From: Planctomycetota bacterium
Lineage (GTDB): Bacteria; Planctomycetota; UBA1135; UBA2386
Direction: 5' to 3'
NCBI GenBank assembly: GCA_046290465.1
Contig: JBKAGP010000001.1
Location: 2,656,001-2,720,000 of the forward strand
Length of the DNA stretch: 64,000 nucleotides
Shown piece by piece: positions 21,559 to 31,162 of the stretch. Position numbers and translations under genes: made by a program. Under the pieces are notes generated by a model. That model made no database searches. It saw only the letters and a list, made by a program, of their open reading frames with translations, and was not told the origin of the DNA. How positions within the stretch are numbered: position 1 is the stretch's first letter; each line of letters begins with the position of its first letter.

Positions 21559-22791
21559 CTACCGCCGCAGCGGCGGCTCGAGCCACTGCCCGGTGAAGAA
21601 CCCGCGCTCGACGATCTCCCAGACCACGACCTTCGGCCGCGCGCCCGCTTCGATCTCACGCAGCGCCGCCTGCATCGGCGCGATGCCCGGCGCGCCGCGC
21701 TCGATGATGCCGTAGACCGGGCGGCCGAGCGCGAACGACACCGCGACCATGCCGTTGGCCTCGGCGAAGCTGGTGCCGGTCAGCCACACCTCGGCGGTCG
21801 CGTCCTGGCCGAACATCGGCGTGGCGGCGCCCGGCCCGCGCACCTCGAGGCCGTAGTAGTCGCGCTGCTCGGCGAGCGAGTCGGTCAGCATGCTCATCGC
21901 GACCATGCGGTCCTTGTCCTCGGTGCGGCGGCGGCTCATCGTCAGCATGCCGAGCATGTCGGTGATGTCGCCGACCGCGCGCGCATGCGACGGCCCGGTC
22001 AACGCCATCGGCACGCGCGGCGACAGCGACGCGCCAAAGCGCTGCTCGACGGCCGCGGCGACGGCCTGGCCGGCGACCAGCGCGCCACCGGGACGCCAGT
22101 GGGTATCGCGCGCGAAGTAGAGCTGCGCCTTGGCGTCGCCGTCGACGGTCGCGGCGGCCATCGCGCGCATCGGCGTGGCGAGGTCGACGGCCGCGATCTG
22201 CAGCTCCGCCAGCTCCTGCTGCAGGGTGGCGTAGGCCGCGTCCCGGCGCGGTGGCACGACCCCGTCGGCGAACGCGAACTGCGGGTAGACCCGCATCTTG
22301 TCGGGCACGATCGAGACCAGCAGCTCGACGCCGGCCGCGCGCAGGCGGTCGCGCACCTGCGCGAAGAAGGCCCGACGCCGCTCGCTGGCGCGGTCGAAGT
22401 CGTCGAGCGGCACCCGCACCGTGTTGCCGAGGAACAGCCAGCCGTCGCGGCCGAAGTGCACCCGTTCGCTGCGCGGCACACCGAGCCGGTAGCGCAGTTC
22501 GTTCCAGTGGCCGCGCAGCGACCAGACGATCGGCGAACGTTCCTGCAGCGCGCGCTCGGTCGCCGACATCCAGCGACCCGACAGCACCTCGTCGACGTCG
22601 GCCGCCGGCACCTCGGTCTGCGCCCGGGTGCGGATCGGCGGCTCGTCGTGACCGAGCACCCCGTGCCAGAGCAGGTGCACGACCGGCACGCTCGCGCACA
22701 GCAGCGCGACCGCGGCCAGCGCGAACCAGCGCACCGCCCACTGGCCCGGCGTCTGCGGTTCGGAGATCGGGTTGGATTCGATCGCGGTCAT
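21559..22791 (-). CDS. AlgJ/AlgX-like SGNH O-acetyltransferase component
   Basis: ATG 22791 overlapping the MBOAT stop. N-terminal TM, GRDGWLF, VPDK, RDTHW, GTSF. Confidence 0.85.
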   Translation of the reverse strand: MTAIESNPISEPQTPGQWAVRWFALAAVALLCASVPVVHLLWHGVLGHDEPPIRTRAQTEVPAADVDEVLSGRWMSATERALQERSPIVWSLRGHWNELRYRLGVPRSERVHFGRDGWLFLGNTVRVPLDDFDRASERRRAFFAQVRDRLRAAGVELLVSIVPDKMRVYPQFAFADGVVPPRRDAAYATLQQELAELQIAAVDLATPMRAMAAATVDGDAKAQLYFARDTHWRPGGALVAGQAVAAAVEQRFGASLSPRVPMALTGPSHARAVGDITDMLGMLTMSRRRTEDKDRMVAMSMLTDSLAEQRDYYGLEVRGPGAATPMFGQDATAEVWLTGTSFAEANGMVAVSFALGRPVYGIIERGAPGIAPMQAALREIEAGARPKVVVWEIVERGFFTGQWLEPPLRR

Positions 22792-24175
22792 CAGAACTGG
22801 AAGTAGATGAACGGCACGAAGTCGGCGGCCAGCACCTGGCAGACCGCGCACACGAACAGCGCCAGCACCAGCAACATCACCAGCGGCTGGCAGCGACGGA
22901 CCAGCTGCGCGCTGCGCGGCATCGCGAACGTGACCAGCAGGCCGACCAAGAGGCCGACGTAGGCGACGGTCTCGTGCTGGCCGAGATCCGGCCACGCGCC
23001 GACGCCGTTGCCGCCGAACAGGCCGACGCCCATGTCCGACACCTCCGCCAGCGTGTAGCAGCGGAACAGCACGAAGCCGAGCGTCGAGATCACGAACGTC
23101 ACCAGCACCTGCAGCGGGTGCGGCAGCCAGCCGTACGGCGAGACCTTGCCGAGGCGCCGTTCGATCGCCAGGAACGCGCCGTGCCACGCCCCCCACATCA
23201 AGAACGTCCACGACGCGCCGTGCCACAGCCCGCCGAGCAGCATCGTGATCGCCACGTTGAGCTGCGCGCGACCTTCGCCGCGGCGGTTGCCGCCGAGCGG
23301 CACGTAGAGGTAGTCGCGCAGCCAGGTGCTGAGGCTGATGTGCCACCGCCGCCACAGCTCGGTCATGCTGTGCGCGCGGTACGGCGAACGGAAGTTCTCG
23401 GGAAAGCGGAAGCCGAGCAGCAGACCGAGGCCGATCGCCATGTCGCTGTAGCCCGAGAAGTCGAAGTAGATCTGCACCGCGTAGCCGAGTGCGCCGAGCC
23501 AGGCCGCGATCAGGCCGGGCTGGTCGGCGGCGTAGATCGTGTCGACCATCGGCGCGACCGAGTCGGCGATCAGCACCTTCTTGACGAAGCCGAGCGCGAA
23601 CAGCAGCACGCCGTCGCTGGCCATGCGCAGGTCGACGACGCGCCGCCGCAGCGAATCGGCGATGTCGCGGTAGCGCACGATCGGGCCGGCGATCAGCTGC
23701 GGGAACATCGACACGAAGCACAGCAGGTCGACGATCGAGCGGGTCGCTTCACGTCGCCGCGGTAGACGTCGATGGTGTAGCTCATCGACTGGAACGTGAA
23801 GAACGAGATGCCGACGGGCAGCACCACCTCCTCCCACTCGACCGGCCACGGTGCGACGTCGTTCCAGGTCGCGACGAACAGGTTGGCGTACTTGAACCAA
23901 CCGAGCATGCCGAGGTTGGCGACCAGCGACAGCAGCAGCAGGCGCTTGCGCTGCGCCTTCTGCGCGTCGTTCGGCTCGCCCATCCAGCGCGCCGCCCAGT
24001 AGTCGATCAGCACGCTGGCGACCATCAGCAGCACGTACTGCGGCCGCCACCAGCCATAGAACGCGAAGCTGCCGAGGATCAGCGTCACGTTCCGCAGCCG
24101 CGCCGGCGTCACCGCGTAGAGCGGCGCGAACAGCGGCACGAACCAGAACAGGAAGATGAACGAGGCGAAGACCAC
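22791..24175 (-). pseudogene. AlgI/DltB-like MBOAT O-acyltransferase with a single frameshift near 23746-23747
   Basis: The N-terminal half (MVFAS..LPVGISFFTFQSMSYTIDVYRG) is in ORF 23693..24175. The C-terminal half (FPQLIAGPIVR, DFSGYSDMA, WRRWHISL, GLWHG) is in ORF 22791..24050. Adding one base after GTG AAG joins them. Confidence 0.85.
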
Positions 24176-24213
24176 GGAGCCGGCAGGATCCTACCCCGGA
24201 CGCTCCGGCGCGC

Positions 24214-25206
24214 TCAGCCTTCTGCCTTCGGGTCGCGCTCCATCAGCGAACGCACCGCGTGCTGCGGCGGCAGTTCGTCGTAGAGCACGCGGGCTACCGC
24301 CGACGCGATCGGCATCTCGACGCCGCGCTCGGTGCTCGCCGCGTCGACGACCTTGGCCGTCCAGACGCCTTCGGCGACCTTCGGCGACGACGCCAGCGCC
24401 TGCTTGAGCGTCTCGCCCCTGCCGATGCGTTCGCCGAACGCGCGGTTGCGGCCGTGCTTGCTGAACGCGGTCACCGCCAGGTCGCCGACGCCGGCGAGGC
24501 CGAAGAACGTCTGCGGGTCGGCGCCACAGGCGAGGCCGTAGCGCTGCATCTCGACCAGGCCGCGCGACAGGATCGCGGCCTTGGCGTTGTCGCCGTAGCC
24601 GAGCCCGTCGGCGATGCCCGCCGCCAGCGCCATCACGTTCTTGAGCGCGCCGCACAGCTCGACCCCGAGCAGGTCGCCGTTGCGATAGACGCGGAAGCGA
24701 TCGGTCTGCAGCGCCTCCTGCAGGCGGCACAGCCGATCGCCGTCCTCGCCCGCCACCACGACGGTCGTCGGCTGGCCGTGCGCGATCTCCTCCGCGTGGC
24801 TCGGGCCGCTCAGCACGTAGACCCGCTCTTGGCCGCCGAGCACCTCGGCGAGGATCTCCGACGGACGCCTGCCGGTCGACTGCTCGAGCCCCTTGGCGAG
24901 CGACACCACCGGCGCGTCGCCATCGAGGTGGGCGGTCATGCCGGACATCACGCCGCGAACGTGCTGGGTCGGCACCGCGACCAGCACGGCGCCGGCGTCG
25001 TGCAGCACGGCCTTGGCGTCGTTGCTGACCCGGATCGCGTCGGGCAGCTGCACGCCGGCGAGGTAGCGCGGATTCTCGCGCGACGCCGCGATCGACGCCG
25101 TGTAGACCGCGTCGTGCCCCCACAGCGAGACCGTGTGACCCGCGCGTTGCAGGGTGAGCGCCATGGCGGTGCCGAAGCCGCCGTTGCCGAGGATCGCGAT
25201 TCTCAT
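24214..25206 (-). CDS. gpsA: NAD(P)H-dependent glycerol-3-phosphate dehydrogenase
   Basis: ATG 25206 MRIAILGNGGFGTA, KGLE, SGPSHAEE, GALKNV, GLAGVGDL, RN, AEG. Confidence 0.95.
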   Translation of the reverse strand: MRIAILGNGGFGTAMALTLQRAGHTVSLWGHDAVYTASIAASRENPRYLAGVQLPDAIRVSNDAKAVLHDAGAVLVAVPTQHVRGVMSGMTAHLDGDAPVVSLAKGLEQSTGRRPSEILAEVLGGQERVYVLSGPSHAEEIAHGQPTTVVVAGEDGDRLCRLQEALQTDRFRVYRNGDLLGVELCGALKNVMALAAGIADGLGYGDNAKAAILSRGLVEMQRYGLACGADPQTFFGLAGVGDLAVTAFSKHGRNRAFGERIGRGETLKQALASSPKVAEGVWTAKVVDAASTERGVEMPIASAVARVLYDELPPQHAVRSLMERDPKAEG

Positions 25207-25823
25207 GATTGCTTGGCCGCGAAGAACGTCTGCAGGTTGCTGCGGTGGGTCCAGAACAGGAAGGCGGCGAGGACCAGGGTCAGCAGCGTCAGCGGCAGCC
25301 GCTGGTCGAACGCCTGCGGCACGTCGAGCAGGATCGCGCTGGAGGCGAGGCCGAGGCCGAGCGCGAGGCTGCCGAAGAACACCTGGCCGGTCGCGAACCG
25401 CACCACGAAGAACACGCCGAGCGCGATCAGCGTCACCCGCCAGTCGAGCACCACCAGCGCGCCGGTCGCGGTCGCGACGCCCTTGCCGCCACGGCCACCG
25501 AGGAACGGCGTGAACACGTGGCCGAGGATGCCGGCGGCGCCACACAGCACGCCCGGCAGCAGCCCGGTCGCGAAGCCCATCCACGCAGCCAGCGCGCCCT
25601 TGCCGGCGTCGAGCAGGTAGACCGCCAGGAACGCACCGATGCGCGCGCCCTTGCCCTCGAACGCGCGGCTCGCGTTGGTCGCGCCGACGTTGCCGCTGCC
25701 GAGCGTGCGCACGTCGATGCCCTTGCAGACGCGCACGATCAGCCACGCGAACGGGATCGCGCCGATCAGGAAGGCCGCGATCGCGCGGAGTTCGATCTGG
25801 TAGAGGTCGGTGGCCGACAGCAT
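25203..25823 (-). CDS. plsY: Glycerol-3-phosphate acyltransferase PlsY
   Basis: GAIPF, DVRTLGSGNVGATN, DAGKG, GHVF, GGKGVAT, HRSN. Coupled to gpsA. Confidence 0.93.
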   Translation of the reverse strand: MLSATDLYQIELRAIAAFLIGAIPFAWLIVRVCKGIDVRTLGSGNVGATNASRAFEGKGARIGAFLAVYLLDAGKGALAAWMGFATGLLPGVLCGAAGILGHVFTPFLGGRGGKGVATATGALVVLDWRVTLIALGVFFVVRFATGQVFFGSLALGLGLASSAILLDVPQAFDQRLPLTLLTLVLAAFLFWTHRSNLQTFFAAKQS

Positions 25824-25904
25824 GCGCCGTGAGGCTACGCGATCGGCACCGTCGCACGCCAAGGTCTCGTGCGATCGACGCCGCCGCGCTAACGTGCTCG
25901 CCTC

Positions 25905-27869
25905 GTGGCAACGCGCATCGGCATCGACACTGGCGGGACGTTCACCGACGTGGTGCGCGTGCAGCGCGGCGCCGCCGAGGTGCACAAGGTGCGTTCGACG
26001 CCCGACGACCCGTCGCGCGCCGTGCTCGCGGGCCTCGCCGCGGCGCGCCGCCGCGAGCACGAGCAGGTCGACCTGGTGCACGGCACCACGGTCGGCCTCA
26101 ACGCGGTGCTGACCGGGAACCTCGCGCGCACGGTGTTCGTCACCAACGCGGGCTGCGAGGACCTGATCGAGGTCGGCCGCCAAGAACGTGTCGAGCTGTA
26201 CGCGCTCGACCCGCACCGCCCGATCCCGCCGGTGCCGCGCCAGAACCGCGTCGGGGTCGCCTGCCGGCGCGGCGCCGGCGGCGAACGGGTGCAGGCGCTG
26301 AGCAGGACCGCGATCGACGACGCGGTCGCGGCGGTCGTGCGACGGCGCCCCGAGGCGATCGCGATCGGCCTGCTGCACGCGCCGGCCGACCCGTCGGACG
26401 AACGACGGCTGCAGCGGGCGCTGCGCCGCGCGCTGCCGGACGTTCCGATCACCTGCAGCGCCGAACTGCTGCCCGCCTTCGGCGAGTACGAACGGTTCTG
26501 CGCGACCATCCTGAACGCCGCGATCGCCCCGGTCGTCGGCCGCTACACCCGCCGCGTCGCCGACCAGCTCGGACCGGGCCAGCTGCGGCTGCTGCGCTCG
26601 AGCCTCGGCATCCTGCCGCCGGCCGAGGCCGCCCGGTTCCCCGCGCGCGCGATGTTCTCGGGCCCCGCCGGCGGCGTGCTCGCGACCGGCCAGGTCGCGC
26701 GCCGGCTGCAGCTGCCGCGCGCGGCGGCGTTCGACATGGGCGGCACGTCGGCCGACGTGTGCCTGGTCGAGCACGAACCGACGCTGTCGTCCGAGGGCAC
26801 GATCGCCGGGCTGCCGCTGCCGCTGCCGACCGTGCCGGTGCACACCGTCGCCGCCGGTGGCGGCAGCATCGCCTACGCCGACGCCGGCGGCGCGCTGCGC
26901 GTCGGGCCGGAGAGCGCCGGCGCGGATCCGGGCCCGGCCTGCTACGGCAAGGGCAGCGAGCCGACCGTCACCGACGCCCACGTCGCGCTCGGCCACCTCG
27001 GCCCGGACACGCTGCTCGACGGCGCCTTCCCGATCGACGTCGACGCGTCGGTCCGTGCGATCGAGCGCCTCGGCCGGCGCCTCGGCCTGGGCACTCGCAA
27101 GGCCGCCGAGGGCGTGCTGACGGTCGCCGACGCGGCGATGGCGCGCGCGATCCTGGTGATCACGGCCGAACGCGCGGTCGACCCGGCGAGCGTGCCGCTG
27201 GTCGCCTACGGGGGCGCCGGCGGCCTGCACGCGGCCTCGCTGATGCTGCACCTCGGCATGCCGCAGGCGGTGCTGCCGCCGCACCCAGGCGCGTTCTCGG
27301 CGATGGGCCTGGCGCTGGCCGGCGAAGCGATCGAGCTGGCCGAGGCGGTGCCCGTGGGACTCGACGCGCGCAGCCTCGACGAATTGCTCGAGCACGGCCA
27401 GCGGCTGCTGGCGGCGACCCGCGAGGGGCTCGGCGGCCGGCGCGGCCGTGGCCGCGTCGAGGCGCTGGTGCGCTACCGCGGCCAGGGTGCCGCCCTGAGC
27501 CTGCCGCTGACGCGCCGCCTGCCGGCGACGTTCGCCCGCGAACACCAGCGGCGGTTCGGGTTCACGACCGACGCCGCGCTCGAGGTCGTGCAGGTCCGGG
27601 CCCGCAGCGAGACCGCCGCGAAGGCCCTGCCAGCGACCAGCGGCCCGCGCCGGGGCGGTCCGATCGGGCGCCGCCGGCCACCGCTCGGCGGCCCGGCGCT
27701 GCCGATCTACGACCGCCGCGAACTGCCCGAGAAGGTCCTGGGCCCGGCCATCATCGAGGAACCGACGGCCACGACGCTGGTGCCGTCGCATTGCCGACTG
27801 CACCACGATCCGTTCGGCCTCGTCGTGACCCGGAATCTCCCGGGTAACTCCCGTAGTCGGCCTAAGTAG
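25905..27869 (+). CDS. Hydantoinase/oxoprolinase subunit A family
   Basis: GIDTGGTFTD, HGTT, SGPAGG, DMGGTSADV, AGGGSIA, SAGADPGPACYG, GGAGGLH. Confidence 0.92.
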   Translation: MATRIGIDTGGTFTDVVRVQRGAAEVHKVRSTPDDPSRAVLAGLAAARRREHEQVDLVHGTTVGLNAVLTGNLARTVFVTNAGCEDLIEVGRQERVELYALDPHRPIPPVPRQNRVGVACRRGAGGERVQALSRTAIDDAVAAVVRRRPEAIAIGLLHAPADPSDERRLQRALRRALPDVPITCSAELLPAFGEYERFCATILNAAIAPVVGRYTRRVADQLGPGQLRLLRSSLGILPPAEAARFPARAMFSGPAGGVLATGQVARRLQLPRAAAFDMGGTSADVCLVEHEPTLSSEGTIAGLPLPLPTVPVHTVAAGGGSIAYADAGGALRVGPESAGADPGPACYGKGSEPTVTDAHVALGHLGPDTLLDGAFPIDVDASVRAIERLGRRLGLGTRKAAEGVLTVADAAMARAILVITAERAVDPASVPLVAYGGAGGLHAASLMLHLGMPQAVLPPHPGAFSAMGLALAGEAIELAEAVPVGLDARSLDELLEHGQRLLAATREGLGGRRGRGRVEALVRYRGQGAALSLPLTRRLPATFAREHQRRFGFTTDAALEVVQVRARSETAAKALPATSGPRRGGPIGRRRPPLGGPALPIYDRRELPEKVLGPAIIEEPTATTLVPSHCRLHHDPFGLVVTRNLPGNSRSRPK

Positions 27870-28290
27870 TTCTCTCGACAGCAGCTCTGGATCGAAAACC
27901 GGATCGATTTCGAGGTTTGACCGGATGAAGATCGTGAGCTCTGTTTCGGAGTAGCCCGCGGGTGAGAAGACACTCAGAAGTGCCAGCGTCGGTCTGGCGA
28001 CACCCGCGATGGCTGCGAGAAGAAGACCAACACACAACATCTTCCTGCACGGTGGTCCCACGAGGACGGCTGCGTAGGAGACGACACAAATGCCGGGGGT
28101 TGTCCGCGACGGACGTAAAAACTTGACTCTCCTTCTTCCCCTTTTTCCCGAAGTTTAACCCCCGGCTCCTTTTTCTCGCTCGCCGCACCTCGGCGAGCCG
28201 TCGTCCTCTCCCCCGAAGATCGAAGGACGGCACCCGCAGGTTCAGCCCGGCCCGGGATCCGTCCTCACCGGACCGACCGGGCCGCACGTT

Positions 28291-28460
28291 GCTAGGAGCG
28301 CGTCCATGTAGTGGACGCGCTGCCAACCGTGATCGCGGAAGCGGCGTGTACGCGTGCGGACGGGGCTTTGCCCGCTAGGAGCGCGTCCATCTAGTGGACG
28401 CGCTGCCAACCGTGATCGCGGAAGCGGCGTGTCCGCGTGCGGACGGGGCTTTGCCCGCTA
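28291..28460. repeat. 83-bp tandem duplication, each unit with a REP-like hairpin
   Basis: Units 28291-28373 and 28374-28456 differ at 2 positions. Each carries GCGCGTCCA-t(g/c)tag-TGGACGCGC. Confidence 0.9.
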
Positions 28461-29510
28461 GTGCCGCGAGGCCCCGGACCCGCCCGATTCGGCTTCGGCC
28501 TTGTCCAGCAGCCGCTGCACGACCTCGTTGCCGGGGTCCAGCTGCAGCACCCGGCGCCAGTCCGCGACCGCTGCCGTCACCAGCCCCTGCCCGTAGTTCA
28601 TCAGCGCCCGCTGGTGCAGCAGCGGGCCGAGCCGCCGACGCACGCGGCGGTCGTCCGGGAAGCGCTTCGCGAGTTCGATCAGGTCGTGCACGGCGCCCTC
28701 GCGTTCGCCGTTGGCCAGCCGCGCTTCCACGGAGACCAGCCCGAGCGCCACCGGGTCCTCACCGGTCGGCACCGGCCGCGCGATCACGACCTCGGGCTCG
28801 CGATCCACGACCTCCGGCTCGACCGGCGCGCGCGTCGACGGCGTCGTCGCCGCGACGTTCGGCGGCTGCGGCGGACGGTAGGCCGAAGCGGCCGAACGCT
28901 CCGCGATCGGCGCGCGGACCTCGGCAGCCGCTGCCCTCCCATCGCCGTCGACCTTGCCGGCGCGGGCCCCGTCCACGGGCCGCTTCGCCTCGCTGCGGTT
29001 CCCCTCGGTCCGGTTCCTCGCGGCCCGCCGCGGCGGCGCCGCCTCGGCCATCGGCTGCGGAGCCGGGCCGACGGGCTGCACCTCGACGATCGGCATCGCC
29101 GGCCGGTCCGGCTGCGACGCCCCCACCTCGGCCGCCGCGGTCCGTTCGCCGAACAGCTGCAGGCGCTGTTCGGTCGCCGCGATCCACTGCTGCAGGCTCG
29201 GCTGCAGCGGCCAGTGCTCCTGCGCCCGCCGCAGCCGCTCGAGCGCCTCGGCGTCGCGCCACTCGCCGCGCAGCATCAGCGCCTCGAGGATCAGCTCGTG
29301 GCAGCGACGCATGCGCAGTTCGACCTCGACCGCCGCGGCGCGCGCGTCGGGGTAGCGCGGGTGCGCGACCGGCACGGCGTCGTAGGCGCGCAGCGCCCGC
29401 AGCAGGTCGTCGTCCTTCAACGCGTACTCGGCCCGCTGGAACGGGTCCTTCGGCGGGATCGCGCAGGCGGCGAACGCGAGCGGCAGCGCCGCCATCCAGG
29501 CGCGGCTCAC
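28458..29510 (-). CDS. Putative lipoprotein with TPR-like helical domains and a Pro/Ala-rich linker
   Basis: Lipobox-like FAAC; C-terminal AVADWRRVLQLDPGN TPR-like motif. Coupled to the HD-GYP gene. Confidence 0.7.
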   Translation of the reverse strand: MSRAWMAALPLAFAACAIPPKDPFQRAEYALKDDDLLRALRAYDAVPVAHPRYPDARAAAVEVELRMRRCHELILEALMLRGEWRDAEALERLRRAQEHWPLQPSLQQWIAATEQRLQLFGERTAAAEVGASQPDRPAMPIVEVQPVGPAPQPMAEAAPPRRAARNRTEGNRSEAKRPVDGARAGKVDGDGRAAAAEVRAPIAERSAASAYRPPQPPNVAATTPSTRAPVEPEVVDREPEVVIARPVPTGEDPVALGLVSVEARLANGEREGAVHDLIELAKRFPDDRRVRRRLGPLLHQRALMNYGQGLVTAAVADWRRVLQLDPGNEVVQRLLDKAEAESGGSGASRH

Positions 29511-30946
29511 GGCTGCTGGTCCTCGAACGGGTAGTCGTCGAGCATCACTTCGAGTTCGGTCTGGCTCTCGGCGTTGTCGTCGTCGTCGTCGACGTCGGTC
29601 TCGACCACGCGCCAGGGCATCGAACCGCCGGGCACGATCATCACCTCACGGTCGTGCTCGGGCGGCGCCCGCCGGATCTCCTCGCAGAACAGCTCGACCA
29701 GCCACGGATCGAAGACCTCGCCCTTGGCGTCCTCGAGGCGCGTCAGCGCGTCCTGCCACTCCAGCGGCTTGTCGGCGCCGGTGGTCGTCAGCAGGTCGAA
29801 CGCCGCCGCGATCGCCAGCACGCGCGAACCGAGCGGCAGGCGGTCGCCGCGCAGGCCGTCCGGCGTGCCGCGGCCATCGTAGCGCTCCAGCTGGTGGCGC
29901 AGGATCTTGGCGACGCGGCGCAGCGCCGGCACGCACTCGAGCTGCTCGGCGGCGTGCACCGGATGGTGCTCGAGCGACTTCGACTCGATCTCGGTCAACG
30001 GCGTCTGCTTCTGCAGGATGCTGGCGCGCACCGACGCCTTGCCGAGGTCGACGAGGCGGCAGGCGATGTGCAGTTCGTTGCGGTCGGCTTCGAGCAGCTG
30101 CAGCTTTTCGGCGACGCGGCCGGCGAGGCGCGCGGTCCGTTCGCCGTGGCCCGGCGGCACCAGCTGCCGCTTCTCGAGCCCGTCGACGACGTGCAGCGCC
30201 ATCGCGACGTAGCCCTCACCGACCCGCTGCAGGCCGTCGTTCATGCCCTTCTCGAGCTCGCGCATCGCCGAGCCGAGGTCCTGCAGTTCGCTCTCGACAC
30301 CGGTCGGCGACGTGCCGGCGACCTCACCGGCAGCGAGCCGGATCAGCGCATCGGTCGCGCCGCGCACGCGCGCCGACCAGTGGTGGCCGAGCACCGCCGC
30401 GGCCGCGACCAGGCTCAGGCAGCTGAGCAGGACCAAGCCGAACCAGGTCCAGTCGAACGTCGCCAGGAACGTCGGCGGTTCGCGCTGCAGGCGGACCTCG
30501 CCGATGATCTCGCCGCCGTAGCGGACCGGCGCGAGGCTCTCGCGGACCGGCGCGCCGCCGCCGAGTCGCTCGATCCGCTGGAACGGCTCGGTGCCGGCCA
30601 GCAGCGACATCTGGCGGTCGCCGAGGACCAGCGACGTGTCGATGACGACCCGACCGTCGCGGTCGAGCACCAGCGCCCGCCCGCCGATCTGGTCGCGCAC
30701 CACGGCGGCCAGCACCGACAGGCGCATGACGTCGCCGCGGTCGAGCAGCGGCCCGGCGCGTTCGGCCATGGCGGCGGCAGCCTGCTGCTCCTTGCCGGCC
30801 TCGACGGCGGCAAGATGCTGGTTGTCACGGTCGGCGCCGAGGAAGCCGAGCACGACCGCGACGAAGGACGCGCCGATCGACAGAGCGGCGATCAGGCGGC
30901 GTGTCAGCGACCACCCACGCTGGCGGCGTTCGATTCGGGGACCCAT
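29507..30946 (-). CDS. Membrane sensor with HAMP-like linker and degenerate HD-GYP domain
   Basis: 2 TM plus periplasmic domain. GHGERTA, LVDLGK (HD to VD), HHP, HQLERYDGRGTPDGLRG, SRVLAIAAAFD. Confidence 0.85.
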   Translation of the reverse strand: MGPRIERRQRGWSLTRRLIAALSIGASFVAVVLGFLGADRDNQHLAAVEAGKEQQAAAAMAERAGPLLDRGDVMRLSVLAAVVRDQIGGRALVLDRDGRVVIDTSLVLGDRQMSLLAGTEPFQRIERLGGGAPVRESLAPVRYGGEIIGEVRLQREPPTFLATFDWTWFGLVLLSCLSLVAAAAVLGHHWSARVRGATDALIRLAAGEVAGTSPTGVESELQDLGSAMRELEKGMNDGLQRVGEGYVAMALHVVDGLEKRQLVPPGHGERTARLAGRVAEKLQLLEADRNELHIACRLVDLGKASVRASILQKQTPLTEIESKSLEHHPVHAAEQLECVPALRRVAKILRHQLERYDGRGTPDGLRGDRLPLGSRVLAIAAAFDLLTTTGADKPLEWQDALTRLEDAKGEVFDPWLVELFCEEIRRAPPEHDREVMIVPGGSMPWRVVETDVDDDDDNAESQTELEVMLDDYPFEDQQP

Positions 30947-30965
30947 CGTGCGGAGCTATCGGCAC

Positions 30966-31151
30966 GCGGGGTGGGGTGACTTGTGGGGTGTGGCGGGTTG
31001 GGGCGGTGGGGTGGGGAGTTGGGGGGCGAGAGTGGGGTTTAGGTTGGGGGTGTGGGAGGAGGGGTCGGGCTTCGAGGGGAGACCGGGGGCCGAGGGGATG
31101 GGGTGTGGGCCCGGGGGGATGAGAGGGGCCGGGGACGGAGCGGGTGAGGGG
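30966..31151 (+). other. Strongly G-skewed intergenic tract with many G3-G7 runs
   Basis: e.g. ggggtggggtgacttgtggggtgtggcgggttggggcggtggggtggggagttgggggg. Unlike anything else in the window. Confidence 0.8.
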
Positions 31152-31162
31152 CTCGAACGTCC

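Noticed and set aside
23693..24050. Programmed frameshift or phase variation in the MBOAT gene
   Set aside because: No slippery heptamer or homopolymer at the shift point.
25203..28061. 952-aa ORF suggesting a giant PlsY fusion
   Set aside because: Only the last ~206 aa are PlsY. The rest is antisense to the hydantoinase gene.
28090..28158. 22-aa ORF with an AGGAG RBS as a confirmed CDS
   Set aside because: Too short and with atypical codon usage. Kept only as a possibility within the intergenic finding.
28291..28460. Possible CRISPR array
   Set aside because: The whole 83-bp unit is duplicated, so there are no unique spacers, and no cas genes are present.
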